Origin: Octopus sinensis
Lineage: Eukaryota
Reading direction: 5' to 3'
DNA: 54,554 bases
NCBI RefSeq assembly: GCF_006345805.1
Contig: NW_021833836.1
Span: 1-54,554 of the forward strand
Below the pieces are notes generated by a model that did no database searches, was not told where the DNA came from, and worked only from the letters and a program-made list of their open reading frames with translations. Shown here one piece after another: positions 1 through 11,914 of the stretch (position 1 is its first letter; every line of letters starts with the position of its first letter). The position numbers were made by a program, and so were the translations under genes.

Positions 1-313
1 GGTATTCCACCATCAGAGACAAGGTGAGTATGTATGAAAACTCAAGACAGAAAATTCACAGATTATAAAGGAAAAATAGTAGATAGAAGAATATGGACTG
101 GAGAATAAAGTTCAGAGCTCATCTTCTTTGAGAGGGTATGGAATTTGGTCTGTACTTCTGTGAAGGCATAGATTCTTAAGTATAATCCCAGTGAACTAAA
201 CCCCTAATATTCTACACACACACATACATATATATATACACACACACACATGTATATGTATATATATATTTAATATATATATATATATATTTAATATATA
301 TATATATATTAAG

Positions 314-396
314 CATCAAATGGTTATGAAGGTGCAGTAAAATAAAATAGGAACCAAATAGTTTCACAAGTAAAAAATAAATGGTTGAGAACCACT
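314..396. mobile_element. One terminal fragment of a hAT-like (CAGTGGTTCTCAACC TIR) non-autonomous element
   Basis: Ends in GGTTGAGAACCACTG and aligns by eye with 18011-18091. Confidence 0.6.
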
Positions 397-579
397 GGTT
401 TAGGTGACAAAGTCAACGCCCATATTTTTTTTAAAGTTGGGTACTTATTCTATCAATATCTTTAGCTGAAATACTATACTAAGTAAGAGTACAGAAAACA
501 AACCAACAGCAATTATCAAATGATGGCAGGGATAGACAACAGACACCCACGTCCATACTTAGGCATCAATACTCACATC

Positions 580-852
580 CACATATATTTCTGTTGACCT
601 TCAAGTCCCTCAAAAGCTGGCCAGACACCAAGATGTCACCAGCTTCTTGTTCAACCACAAGGTCCAAGAAATTCTCTTTTCTAATGCATCTGGTGTTGCT
701 GAAAAGCTAATCTCACACCTAACAATACCATGTGACCTGCCTTGACCAATAGCAGCACAGTTTCCAGTAACCTTCTTAAACTTCCTGCATCTTTTCCTTC
801 AGCTATCTGAGCCTGGACAAACTATGTTTCTGTAAAGAGCCTGCATAACTGC
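580..852 (-). pseudogene. Possible highly degraded 3' ORF fragment of an L1/Tx1-like LINE
   Basis: Minus-strand translation gives AVMQALYRN... and FLDLVV-like segments that resemble the post-CCHC region of Tx1-type ORF2. Many lesions. Confidence 0.3.
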
Positions 853-886
853 AAGTCATATGGAGCCAAACTAAACTGTCTTAAAT

Positions 887-973
887 AACAACAACAACAA
901 CAACAATGATGATGATGATGATGAATAGTAGTAGTAGTAGTAGTGGTGGTGGTGGTGGTGGTGGTGGTGGTGA

Positions 974-1030
<57 letters not shown>
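887..1030. repeat. Compound trinucleotide microsatellite (CAA)(GAT)(TAG)(TGG)(TAG)
   Basis: Directly visible. Confidence 0.95.
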
Positions 1031-1031
<1 letters not shown>

Positions 1032-1540
1032 CCTGATGCAGTACCAGGCAGCAGCACTCTTGGCTTCTGATCTTAACTGATTGGAAGTGTTATTATGTAC
1101 GTTGTTTTGTCTTGGTATAAAAGACGGGCTACATCAAATATTCTGCTCAATGCCAGATTTCCTTGTCAGTTGTTTGACCGTGCATCTCTGATCATGAGCA
1201 GAAGTAGTGGGGGAGCATCATAGCCGAGTATTGAGAGGAATTCTTTGGGGTTTGGGTAATTCACCTTTGAAAACATGGGTGTTTCATTAAACATCCTTAA
1301 ACAACCCTTATTCAGAGACCTTTTGAGCAGGATGGGCTACTCAACCTGAAGAAAATCCTAACTGAACCCCACCTGCAAGGTCATGCACTGTTTATCTTAA
1401 TATAAGATCACCATGTTATACACATATGTTTGTGATGCATGTGCTTGGTATACCCTTATCAGATGGGTTGTTATGATCGGAATACTGGGTTTTGTATATT
1501 TTATCCCAGTGTCACTATGATGGTATGCTCTCTCACTCAA
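1031..1540. mobile_element. Unclassified interspersed repeat (~510 bp) set between trinucleotide microsatellites
   Basis: Complex, higher-GC block with sharp borders against (TAG)n and (TAA)n. It resembles a common octopus repeat from memory, has no ORF and has no second copy in the window. Confidence 0.4.
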
Positions 1541-1553
1541 TAATAATGATAGC

Positions 1554-1620
<67 letters not shown>

Positions 1621-1624
<4 letters not shown>

Positions 1625-2065
1625 GGATGTGTTTATTAATTGACATGAGTATTCCCTGTGATCACAATATAGCGGCGAAAGAATTTGACAAGATTAGTAA
1701 ATATAAAGACCTGCTAATAGAAATTGAAAAAATGTAGCATCTCAAGGCGACTACAGTACCAGTGATTGTAGGATCTCTAGGAATGATAAAAAAAGGTACT
1801 GAAACCTATTTGAAAATGATTCCAGGCTTACCATCCCTACAGGAAGTGCAAAAAATTGTATTAACTGGAACGATTCATGTACTGAGAAGAGCACTATCGC
1901 TGTGAAAATAACATCCATCCAAGAATTTATTTATTTATTAATTTTTAAATACATATTTTGTCTGAATTTGCGCGTGTAATCTGGGAATGCATACAATGAG
2001 CTTCTCTGCCCTAGGTGTATGGAAAACACTCGGCGAGAAACGGAAGAAAATTTGAAGAAAGAAGG
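1621..2065 (+). mobile_element. 5'-truncated R4/Dong-like RLE non-LTR retrotransposon (endonuclease C-terminus plus 3' UTR) inserted in (TAA)n
   Basis: Frame 1621-1905 reads KRMCLLIDMSIPCDHNIAAKEFDKISKYKDLLIEIEKM*HLKATTVPVIVGSLGMIKK...LQEVQKIVLTGTIHVLRRALSL*. This is the D..K..KY RLE motif with the R4-type tail and one TGG>TAG stop at 1735. (TAA)n lies on both sides (1551-1620, 2066-2105). Confidence 0.85.
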
Positions 2066-2612
2066 AATAATAATAATAATAATATTAATAATAACAATAA
2101 TAATAAAATATATTATATAACATAATCTTAAGATCCATCTTGCCATGCCACTATGTATATTTTTTATTTGCCAACTAGTAAAGAGTTGATTCACTTAGAA
2201 ATAAAACAGATTTAACTTAGAATATTGATCATCAAATAAAGAATATAACACAGTCCTCATCCTGATATATTGAGTATTTTGTATCTTTAAGATTTGTTTA
2301 ATATGATGAAACCTACAGGGATACACACACACACACATACAAATATACATATTAATACATACACATGTGCATACACACATATGCTTATATATATATGTGT
2401 GTATACATATATTTATTTACATTTGGATAGAAAGATTAATAGATGGTTAGACCTAGACAATAGTACACTCAGAGACAAACCTACACATACACACATACAC
2501 ACACACACACAACACACACACACATACACACACATATGTGCACACATTTATACACATACATACACACTCAACTACAGCCACTGAAAAACAAAAAATTCTA
2601 AAATATTACGAA

Positions 2613-2673
<61 letters not shown>

Positions 2674-3131
2674 CATCATTATTTTAATCATTATTATCAT
2701 CATCATCATCATCATCATCATTATTATTATTATATTATTATTATTATTATTTATTATTATTACTCATCCAAAAAACTGACCCGGTAATGATAGCTTCTGC
2801 CTATTTTCCATGACAGAGAAAAATCTAGATTTATTACATTTTATTGGCAAATATGTGCAAATAAATGATGAGTTTTAGCTTGTAAAAGCTAGAATGAAAA
2901 AGATTTTTGTGTCTGTAGGCCTAGCTGGGTTTCTTTTCTTTTCTTTTTGTATTTTCACTTGGCCAGTTTTTTTTTTCCATGCCTGCAAAAGCGGGTTTGC
3001 CTGAGTGTGTGTGCAAGTATGTGGGTAGTTGCATTATATATCATTTTTCTTGGCACATATTGTTGTCAGGAGTAGTGTATATGTGTGTGTACTGTGTGAG
3101 TAACAGAAACTCTATCTCTCCCTTCTAGCCC

Positions 3132-3166
<35 letters not shown>

Positions 3167-3487
3167 ATATATATATTGATAGTTAGAGAGAGAGAGAGAG
3201 ATACACATGCAGAAATGGATACACACACACACATGCATTCATAGATGCACACAAGCATATATGCACAAATATGTGCATGCAGTGAGAGACACTGTGCAAA
3301 CCATCTTCAACTAGAAATATATGAAAATGAATATTCAGTAGGAATATAATTTGTGTGTTATACGTATACATACACACATGCCTATATAAACATATATATA
3401 TATATTCACACATATACATATATTTCTATACTTTATACATACATCATCATCATCATTTAACATTCGCGTTCCATACTGGCATGGATT

Positions 3488-3528
<41 letters not shown>

Positions 3529-3531
<3 letters not shown>

Positions 3532-3860
3532 GCAGGAGTGGCTGTGTGGTAAGTAGCTTGCTTACCAACCACATGGTTCTGGGTCCAGTCCCACTGTGTG
3601 GCACCTATCTTCTATAGCCTTGAGCCAACCAAAGCCTTGTGAGTGGATTTGGTAGACAGAAACTAAAAGCCCTCATATATATGTGTGTCTGTGTGTGTCT
3701 GTGTATGTCTGTATATATGTATGGGTGTGTATATGTTTGTGCGTTTGTCCTCCCAACATTGCTTGACAACCGATGCTGGTGTGTTTACATTCCCGTAACT
3801 TAGCAGTTTGGCAAAAGAGAGCAATAGAATAAGTACCAGGCTTACAAAGAATAAGTTCTT
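3529..3860 (+). mobile_element. tRNA-derived CORE-type SINE, family A (OR1/OR2-like)
   Basis: Head GGAGTGGCTGTGTGGTAAG, box-B-like GGTCCAGTCCC and an internal (TG)n; it matches many other copies in the window. Confidence 0.85.
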
Positions 3861-4044
3861 CGACAATTCTGGAGTTTATTGAACTTATTTTGTGTATGAC
3901 TTTTGCCACCCCCCTATATATATATATATATTATATATATATACTCATGTGTATACGAGTGTATGTGTGTGTGTGTATATATATATATATGTACACACAT
4001 TATATATATACATACACACACATATGTATATATGTACAATATGG

Positions 4045-4096
<52 letters not shown>

Positions 4097-4414
4097 TATA
4101 TATTTATCTGTGTGTCTATGTGCGTGTGTGTATGATATGCATACGTATATGATAAAAGATGAAATGCATACTTGAAAATCAAATATTTTATGTCAGGACT
4201 TTTGCCTATTTGTCTACTGGCCTCAAATAAGTGGAGTGACTATATACATAAATTATATATTTATATTTTATGAATGTCTAATTGCTAGAAATGCATTTGT
4301 GCTCAGAGTAGGTACAGAATATATGTTTATTTCAATGTGCTACTTAATATTTTTGTCACTGTGATTTAACTGTACTTACATGCACATGCATATACATTCA
4401 AATATGTATATCTA

Positions 4415-4459
<45 letters not shown>

Positions 4460-4464
4460 GTCTC

Positions 4465-5095
4465 TAGGTGTCGCTGCATTCTAAGAAGCTTGCTTCCCAA
4501 CCACGGTTTAAGCTACTCTCTTTTGATGCTGACGTCTTTTGCTAGTGGCTTTTGGCTCCGGGTTCAGTTCAACTATATGGCACCATGAGCAAGTGTCTTC
4601 TATTATAGGTTCAGGCTAACCAAAACCCTGTGAGTCGATTTGAGAGATGGAAACTGAAAGAAGCCCAGCATCTTTCGAATGTTGGGTGATATTTTGTGCT
4701 TGAGAAGAACCACCAAGCCAAGTGAAAATGTAATCATGGCCAATGCCGATGTTATATAACTGGTATCCATGCTGGTGGTACATAAAAAGTACTCTTCAAA
4801 CTTTGGACCTCACAGAGGCAGTGACAAGTGACCAAGACCTTTGGCAATACACCATGCTTGAGAAGACATGTCAAGCCAAGTGAGTTCATAGTCATGGCTA
4901 ATACCAGTGTTGCATAACTGGCACCCATGAGGGTGGCACGTAAAAAGTACCCACTACACCCTTGGAGTGGTTGGCATTAGGAAAGGCATCCAACCATTGG
5001 AATCTGGTGCATCTCCCCAGCTTAACTGTTTTCAATAAAACTGTCCAACATATGCCAGCATGGGAAATGAACGTTTGATAATGATGATGACAATG
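4465..5095 (+). mobile_element. Composite SINE: family A head, internal ~160-bp duplicated unit and family B (GAT)n-tailed 3' end
   Basis: Family A head lies at 4465-4670. The unit TGCTTGAGAAGA..AAGCCAAGTGA occurs near 4698 and 4856. The tail matches 32352-32565. Confidence 0.7.
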
Positions 5096-5399
5096 ACGTG
5101 TGTGTGTGTGTGTGTGTGTGTATTTTTATGTCTGTGTTTGGCCACTCACCATCACTTGATTAGTGTGACTAGTGTTGCTGTGTATATGTTTCAGAATGAA
5201 CCATCAGAAAAGTTGTGCATGTGATTTGGAGGGTCAGTTTATATCAGATGTGACAAGAGAAAATCGTTCAATCCATGGAAAGTGCTCTGCTAAACAAGTT
5301 AAAATACCAAGAGCCTGGGATGCTTTGGTTTTTCTCCAACGAGTAAAACTTCAATCAGGACCAAAAAATAAAATGAAGGAATGACAGATAGTTAAGCAG

Positions 5400-6275
5400 A
5401 AACCAGAATGAGTTTCCAATGGTCATGCAACTGTGATGGTTCTAGAAGTCATCAGCAAAGACCCCCACATTTTGGCTAACTGAACACTTGTTTATAAGCC
5501 TCTTAGTGACAGCAAATAAAACAACTTGGAGACACAGAAGAATTAAAGAAAAGCAAAACAATAAAAAAGAAAAGTGCTATCATGGGGTTTGAAACAGAAA
5601 ACTATCAATCAAGGCACACTGCTCGTCAAAAGCAAAAATCATAATTTCCAGCAGACAAGTTGAACTTTTGCAGACCAAAATTTATAACCAAAAATGGTAG
5701 GTTGACTTATACACCAAGATGATTTGGAGGTCCAAAAATTCCATGTGAAATTCAGCAGGATTTGGAAAGATAGTAAGATAGTAACAATGTTTGAATGCTT
5801 ACAGTACATGTTTACATTATATACTATGTCAATTTGTATGCCAGAAAATATAGTAGACAAATAAATACACTTGCCACCAATAAAATAGTAAAATGTCTCG
5901 AGATTGTAAAATGAAAACAATGGGATACAGATTAACCATCCTCATACAGGAACCAAAAGCCATTAGCAAAAGACTTCAGCATCAAAAGAGAGTAGCTTAA
6001 ACTAAATTAAGGAAAACAGGGAAATTTAATTGAAACCATAGACGTAAGGGGACTATTAATAAATGTCATGAAGGCTCCTTCCCAGGAAGATATAGACTCA
6101 TTAAAGAGAAAATTCTGGAGTGAGACAAAGGATTTTAATCACAGTTCAAGGTAGCTTGACAAAAATCTGGAACAAATATTGTTACTCTATCAAACCAAAA
6201 GCACACAGTATAAATGGCAAAAAAGTCCTTGTGACTGTATTCCTAAAACCTCAGGTTAGAAAAGCAGCAGCAGCA
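5400..6275 (+). pseudogene. Degraded pre-RT region of an R4/Dong-like LINE ORF
   Basis: Fragments such as AISKRLQHQKRVA, APSQEDIDSL and FWSETKDFNH resemble the region upstream of RT in R4-clade elements. Many stops and frameshifts. Confidence 0.5.
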
Positions 6276-6422
6276 ACAGCAAGAAGGGAGTTAATTGGTG
6301 CAAAATATGAACATCAATTGGTAGTATGTTACTGAATTTTACCAGGTGCTACATCACCTCTTGTAGAATGTCAATGACTTTGCCAACACTGTAATATGAT
6401 AAGCATAATACAGTTCAGCTAA

Positions 6423-6471
<49 letters not shown>

Positions 6472-6556
6472 GAGAGAGAGAGAGGGAGAGACAGACAGAC
6501 AGACAGACAGATATACACAAATACACATACATAACCATACATTCATTCATATGGTA

Positions 6557-7829
6557 CGAGGGGCGTTCAATAAGTAATGCCCCTGACCCACTTGCAGTTG
6601 TTTGATCTAGCTGAAATTTTGCATGTGCACTTAATTATACCTCTATAGATGAAGTGGCGAATTCCAGCTCTGAACTAATTGTGGTTTCTGATTTACAGGT
6701 GTTTGAACTGAGTCAAGTGTGAAATGGAGCCTGTTGAGTGTCGAGCAGTGATCTGGTTTTTGTATTTGAAAGGACGCACACCACGGGAGACTTTTCATGA
6801 AATGAAAGTGACTTATGGTGATGATGCCCCATCATATGACCTTGTAAAACGCTGGCATTGTGAATTCAAACATAGTCAGAACTCTGTGGAAACAGCTCCC
6901 AGATCTGGTCGCCCCCTTCTGCCGTTGATGAGACATCTGTCCGTCAAGTTGAGGCTGCCATTTTGGAAGGTCAACGCATAACTATTCGCCAAATAGCCCA
7001 TAAGGTCAGGATTAGTACCGGGTCTGTGGAAACTATCATTCATGACCATTTGCATATGCAAAAGGTGTCTGCCAGATGGATTTCCAGGTTGCTCATACCT
7101 TTCCAGAAGCAAGAACGCGTTGAGTGCTCGAGGATGAATTTGGAGATGTGCCAAGAAGATGATGAGTCAAAATTTTTCAAAAGACTGATCACACAGGATA
7201 AAACCTGGGTCCATCACTATGATCCATAGACCAAAGCCCAGTCAATGCAGTGAAAGCACCGTGACTCACCTCCTCCAAAGAAGGCAAGGGTGCAGCCCTC
7301 CGCTGACAAGGTTATGCTCACAGTCTTCTGAGACCAGGACGGAGTAGTGATGACAGATTTCCTGGCAAAGGGTACCACAATTACAGGAGCCTATTATGCT
7401 TCACTTTTGAGGAAATTAAGAGAAGCTATCAAAATCAAGAGGCGGGGCAAGATCAGCAAAGGCATCCTCCTCCTGCAGGACAACGCTCCAGTCCACAGCT
7501 CACGTGTCGCCAGATCAGAAGCACAGGCATGCAGCTATGAACTCCTCCCCTTGCACCCTCTGATTTTCACCTCTTTCCAGCCATGAAGTTGATTTTGAAA
7601 GGAAAGCGTTTCCCAGATGATGCAGCCTTGATTTCTGAAGTCACGTCGTGGTTGGAGGACCAAGCTGGGGTCTTCTACAAAAACGGTCTCCAGAGCTGTA
7701 TCAAGCGATGGGAGAAATGCATAACTCTGGGTAGTTCCTATGTAGGAAAAGACTAATAACTGTGCCAAGTGTCGTTGCTCTACTGCTATGGGAAGTGGGT
7801 CAGGGGCATTACTTATTGAACGCCCCTCG
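6557..7829 (+). mobile_element. Full-length mariner (DD34D, irritans-like) DNA transposon, 1273 bp
   Basis: Perfect 37-bp TIRs CGAGGGGCGTTCAATAAGTAATGCCCCTGACCCACTT (6557-6593 and 7793-7829), with TA TSD on both sides (6555-6556, 7830-7831). Confidence 0.97.
6724..7756 (+). pseudogene. Mariner transposase pseudogene
   Basis: HTH region ...RSGRP, KVSARWISRLL (WVPR box), ITQDKTWVHHYDP, LLQDNAPVH and LAPSDFHLFP...RWEKCI...YVGKD*. Lesions: frameshift near 6915, stops at 7227, 7251 and 7329, and a deletion removing HPPYSPD near 7550. Confidence 0.95.
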
Positions 7830-8067
7830 TATATACACATACACACTCTAAACAAGTGTATATGTTATATACATATACACACACACACATATATATATAT
7901 ACATATATATACACACACACACATATATATATACACACACACATACATACATATGTCATAAGCAAAATACAGTTCAGCTGAACGTGTGTGCATATGTATA
8001 CAGACACCTGCATGCATACATGCTTATATGTGTATATATGCATATATAATGTGTGTGTGTGCATGTG

Positions 8068-8194
<127 letters not shown>

Positions 8195-8214
8195 TTATAT
8201 ATCATCATCATCAT

Positions 8215-8246
<32 letters not shown>

Positions 8247-8599
8247 GAATGAGAGTGAAAGAGATATACCTACAGATATACTAGCACATTTGTCATCAAT
8301 ATCAAAGCTAGACCAATTTTAAAAGACTGGTTGCCAGAAATAACTAATGTTGGTTGCATGCAGATTCTAGCATCTGGGTGGGTTGTGTAAAATGTGAGGA
8401 TAAAATCAAGTTATGTATGTTTATAGACTGAATGCTGATGGAAGTTAAGGCTGCTATGGTAATGCTGGTGTCTGGTTTATTTGGTTGTGGTTGTGGTTGT
8501 GGTAGTTGATAGTTGGTAAGGTTTTCTTTTTTTTTGTTTTTTTGTTTTTAGTGAACAGCAGCTTTTGGAACGAAATTGAGTATCAATCAAAGTTAAGTG

Positions 8600-9000
8600 T
8601 AGTGAGGAAGGAAAAGAAAGATAAAAGGAAAAAAGAAAACGAATAAAGAAAGTAAAGGGGGAGAAGAAAGAAGGAAGGAGGGGTGTGAGTGGAGTGGATG
8701 GGTGGGAGGAAGGAGGAGGAAAAAAGAAGGGGAGGTGCAGGGAGAAAAAAGAGGAAGAGGAGGAGGAGGAAGAAGGGGGGATGAGGAGGAGGAGGGGGAG
8801 AAGAAGAAGAAGAAGAAGAAGAAGAAGAAAGAGAATGGTCAGTAGGGGAGAAGAGAGAGAGGAAGCATGGAAGAGGAGAGGAAGGATGAAAGAGGAGAGA
8901 GGGAGGATGGAAGAGGAAGGGAGAAAGGATGGAAGAGGAGAGAGAGAGGAAGGATGAAAGAGGAGAGAGAGGAAGGATGCAAGAGGAAGAGGAGGAGGTA
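8600..9000. repeat. Long polypurine low-complexity tract (GAA/GGA/GA)
   Basis: Directly visible; almost free of pyrimidines on the + strand. Confidence 0.9.
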
Positions 9001-9085
9001 ATCAACAGCAACAACATCAGTGCCACCACCAACCCAGAACCCATACTGTTAACATGAAAACCACAGCACACAGACATATTTATCA

Positions 9086-9808
9086 TATCAGCATTTGTGC
9101 CTTTTTTTTAGAGTCAGTTTTACAATTTAAGGAAAACTTCATTATATTTGTGCAAGTTCAGAAAGAATTAATTAAACGAAATTGTTGTATTCAGTTCGAA
9201 AAGTCAAAGAGTTACACGTAGTTTCGAAATAGCATGTGAAAGTGAAAGAGACTTATTTCTTTGCCAAAGGCAAGGGGCAGTTCATCAGAAATTCAAATAT
9301 CTTAATGCATAGAGTAATCAAATTACTGTATATATATATATCAAGGAAAGTAAGTATGAACAATATTCTTTGTATGTATTTAATATTTTGATATCAAGAA
9401 CAAAGAGTATTTCAACCACAGTCTGAATAAGATTCTTTTACGTGACAGTGTTACAGCATTCTTGGTTTTCAGATACTGGTTGAAACTCACTATGGAATCG
9501 CATGTCTCTCATGCACACGCAAAAATGAGTTGAACCCATAAAGGACAATGAGGAAGTTACATACAGCCTTGAGGAATATAATATTTGAAATTCTAATGAA
9601 CCTAATATTTGAATTTCTGATGAAGTGCCTCTTGCCTTTGGCATATAAATAAATCTCTTTCACTCTCACATGCTATTTTAAACTGCGCATAAACATTTAA
9701 CACAACAATTTCGTTCTGATAATCCGATTCTTCCTTTCTGAGGTATGTAAGTATAACGTTATTTTCCTTGATATATAAGACTGCACTGAAAAGGCACACG
9801 TGCTGATA
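9086..9808. mobile_element. Fold-back / long-TIR non-autonomous element (~210-bp imperfect inverted arms)
   Basis: 9086-9300 is the reverse complement of 9605-9808, e.g. AATAGCATGTGA.AGTGAAAGAGA.TTATTT...GCCAAAGGCAAG.GGCA.TTCATCAGAAATTCAAATAT. Confidence 0.8.
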
Positions 9809-9954
9809 CAAATTGTGTACAGCTAACATCACCCACTTCATCATCATTAATCGTCAGTTTAACATCTTCTTTTCAAGCTGATATGGGTCAGATAGAATTC
9901 AGGGAGACTGATTTTCTACAGACTGTCAAACACACACACACACACATGCATATG

Positions 9955-9985
<31 letters not shown>

Positions 9986-10400
9986 GCACATACATATAAA
10001 AAGAAAATCAGGAAGTATGAAATTAATATATTTCACTAGTTGATATCCATAAGATTACAATTGTTTCACAGCCAACATCATGGAAAAGTAATTTATTTTA
10101 GTGTATAATAAATTATTTTGCATTATTTTACAATTGGAGTTAGGGGAAGTTTAATAAATGCAGTTGGGAGGTAGATGAAGGCTGTGGTATGGAAACGAGA
10201 AGTGTGGAGATTTAGAAGAAGAGGGAGAGGAGACCTACATTAAGAAATTTAAATGACTGTAAATGACTAGTTACTGAGGTAAACTTTACCTTTCATCCTT
10301 TCAGAGTCCATAAAAGAAAGTACCGGCCAAGTACTGGGATCTATGAAATCAACTACCCACTTCTCAATTGCAAGATATTTATATATATATATATACACAC

Positions 10401-10560
10401 ACAATGAGATTCTTTCAGTTTCTGTCTACCAAATCCACTCACAAGGCTTTGGTTGGCCCAAAGCTATGGTAGAAGACACTTGTCTGAGGTGTCTTGCAGT
10501 GGGACTGAACCTGGAACTATGTGATTGGAAAGCAAGCTTCTTACTACACTGCCATGCCTA
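10401..10560 (-). mobile_element. SINE family A, head half
   Basis: Matches the reverse complement of the family A head. Confidence 0.8.
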
Positions 10561-10705
10561 TCATATAACAATAAAGTCAAACCAAGTTCTGAGAATGATA
10601 TCCTCGACTCCATTATTACAGATTACATGATTCAATGCAACCACATACTGGTCTGTCCTGACTCTGTTTACATGGATTTTCTAACAAGGATCGGGAGCAG
10701 TGTAT

Positions 10706-11160
10706 AGTATGAAGGGTGGCTGTGTGTTAAGAAGCTTGCTTCCCAACCACACAGTTCTGGGTTCACTCCCACTGCATGACACCTTGGGCAAGTGTCTTCT
10801 ACAATAGCCTCAGGCCAACCAAAGCTTTGGGAGTGGGTTTGGTAGACAGAAACCGAAAGAAGCATGTCGTATGTGTGTGTGTGTGTGGTGTGTGTGTGTG
10901 TTGTGTGTGTGTGTGTGTGTTTGTGTGTTTGTGTGTGTGTGTGTTTGTGTGTTTGTGTGTGTTTGTCCCCCACCACCACCACTTGACAACTGGTGCTGGT
11001 GTGTTTACATACCCATAACTTAGTAGTTTAGCAAAAAAGATTGATAGAATAAGTACCAGGTTTTAAAAAGAAGTACTGGAGTTGTTTCACTGAGCTAAAT
11101 CTTCTTCAAGGTGATGCCCCACCATGGCCACAGTCTAATGACTGAAACAGATAAAAGGTA
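10706..11160 (+). mobile_element. SINE family A, full length
   Basis: tRNA-like head, CORE-like CACCTTGGGCAAGTGTCTT, (TG)n and 3' end ATGACTGAAACAGATAAAAG. Confidence 0.9.
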
Positions 11161-11363
11161 TATATATGACTGTATCCTCCTAATTAATAATTCGAATGCA
11201 GTGAGGGATTAACATCCTCAGAGATGGACTGTAATTTCAAAAAGGGTTGCAAAAAGAAATATGGGAAAATATGGGAAAAGAAATATGGGAAAAAATAAAC
11301 AAGTCAAAGTAGATATGTAGTGCAAACTCTGTAGCCTTCAAACTTTTCTAAATCACAAACCAT

Positions 11364-11772
11364 ACTCTTTACTCTTTTACTTGTTTCAGTCATTTGACTG
11401 TGGCCATGCTGGAGCACCACCTTTAGTCAAGCAAATTGACCCCAGGACTTATTCTTTGTAAGCCTGGTACTTATTCTATCGGTCTCTTTTTGCCGAACCG
11501 CTAAGTTACGGGGACATAAACACACCAGCATTGGTTGTCAAGCAATGCTGGGGGAACAAACACAGACACACAAACATATACACACACACATATATATACA
11601 TACATACTACGGGCTTCTCTCAGTTTCCATTTACCAAATCCACTCACAAGGCTTTAGTTGGCCCAAGGCTGTAGTAGAAGACACTTACCCAAGGTGCCAC
11701 GCAGTGGGACTGAACCCGGGACCATGTGGTTAGTGAGCAAGCTACTTACCGCACAGCCACTCCCATGCCTAT
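11364..11772 (-). mobile_element. SINE family A, full length
   Basis: Reverse-complement copy with an (AAAAGAGT)n tail. Confidence 0.9.
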
Positions 11773-11914
11773 GTCACATATCTTAAACTGTTCTGTTGTT
11801 ATCTTTATTGCTGTTGCTGCTTTTTGACACTACAGTAGACTTATTTCTACATGAGAACTACGGCTAAAAATGTTTCAAACATCAACATCCCATCCTTTAT
11901 TGAAATGTAGTGCA

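Noticed and set aside
1-29. Perfect donor-like AAG|GTGAGT at the window start (possible exon end GIPPSETR)
   Set aside because: Only 23 nt are visible upstream. It could equally be a degraded LINE fragment, so it cannot be supported.
2195-4182. Many 60-96 aa ORFs rich in Y/I/C/V/H/T
   Set aside because: They are translations of (TA)n and (CA)n microsatellites and SINE sequence. The same applies at 7813-8322, 18677-21065, 32191-34043 and 39778-42235.
5172-5384. 70-aa ORF with ordinary composition
   Set aside because: No recognisable domain or splice context, and it adjoins degraded LINE sequence.
8583-9086. 167-aa Ser/Pro/Leu/Phe ORF and the antisense Glu/Arg ORF
   Set aside because: A by-product of the polypurine tract.
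10050-10090. Hammerhead-like GAAACAATTGTA on the minus strand; similar weak motifs near 39583-39620 and 41250-41278
   Set aside because: The CUGANGA core or stem II is missing or too degenerate to call.
11251-11295. Three copies of AAATATGGGAAAA
   Set aside because: A simple slippage duplication with no spacers; not CRISPR-like.
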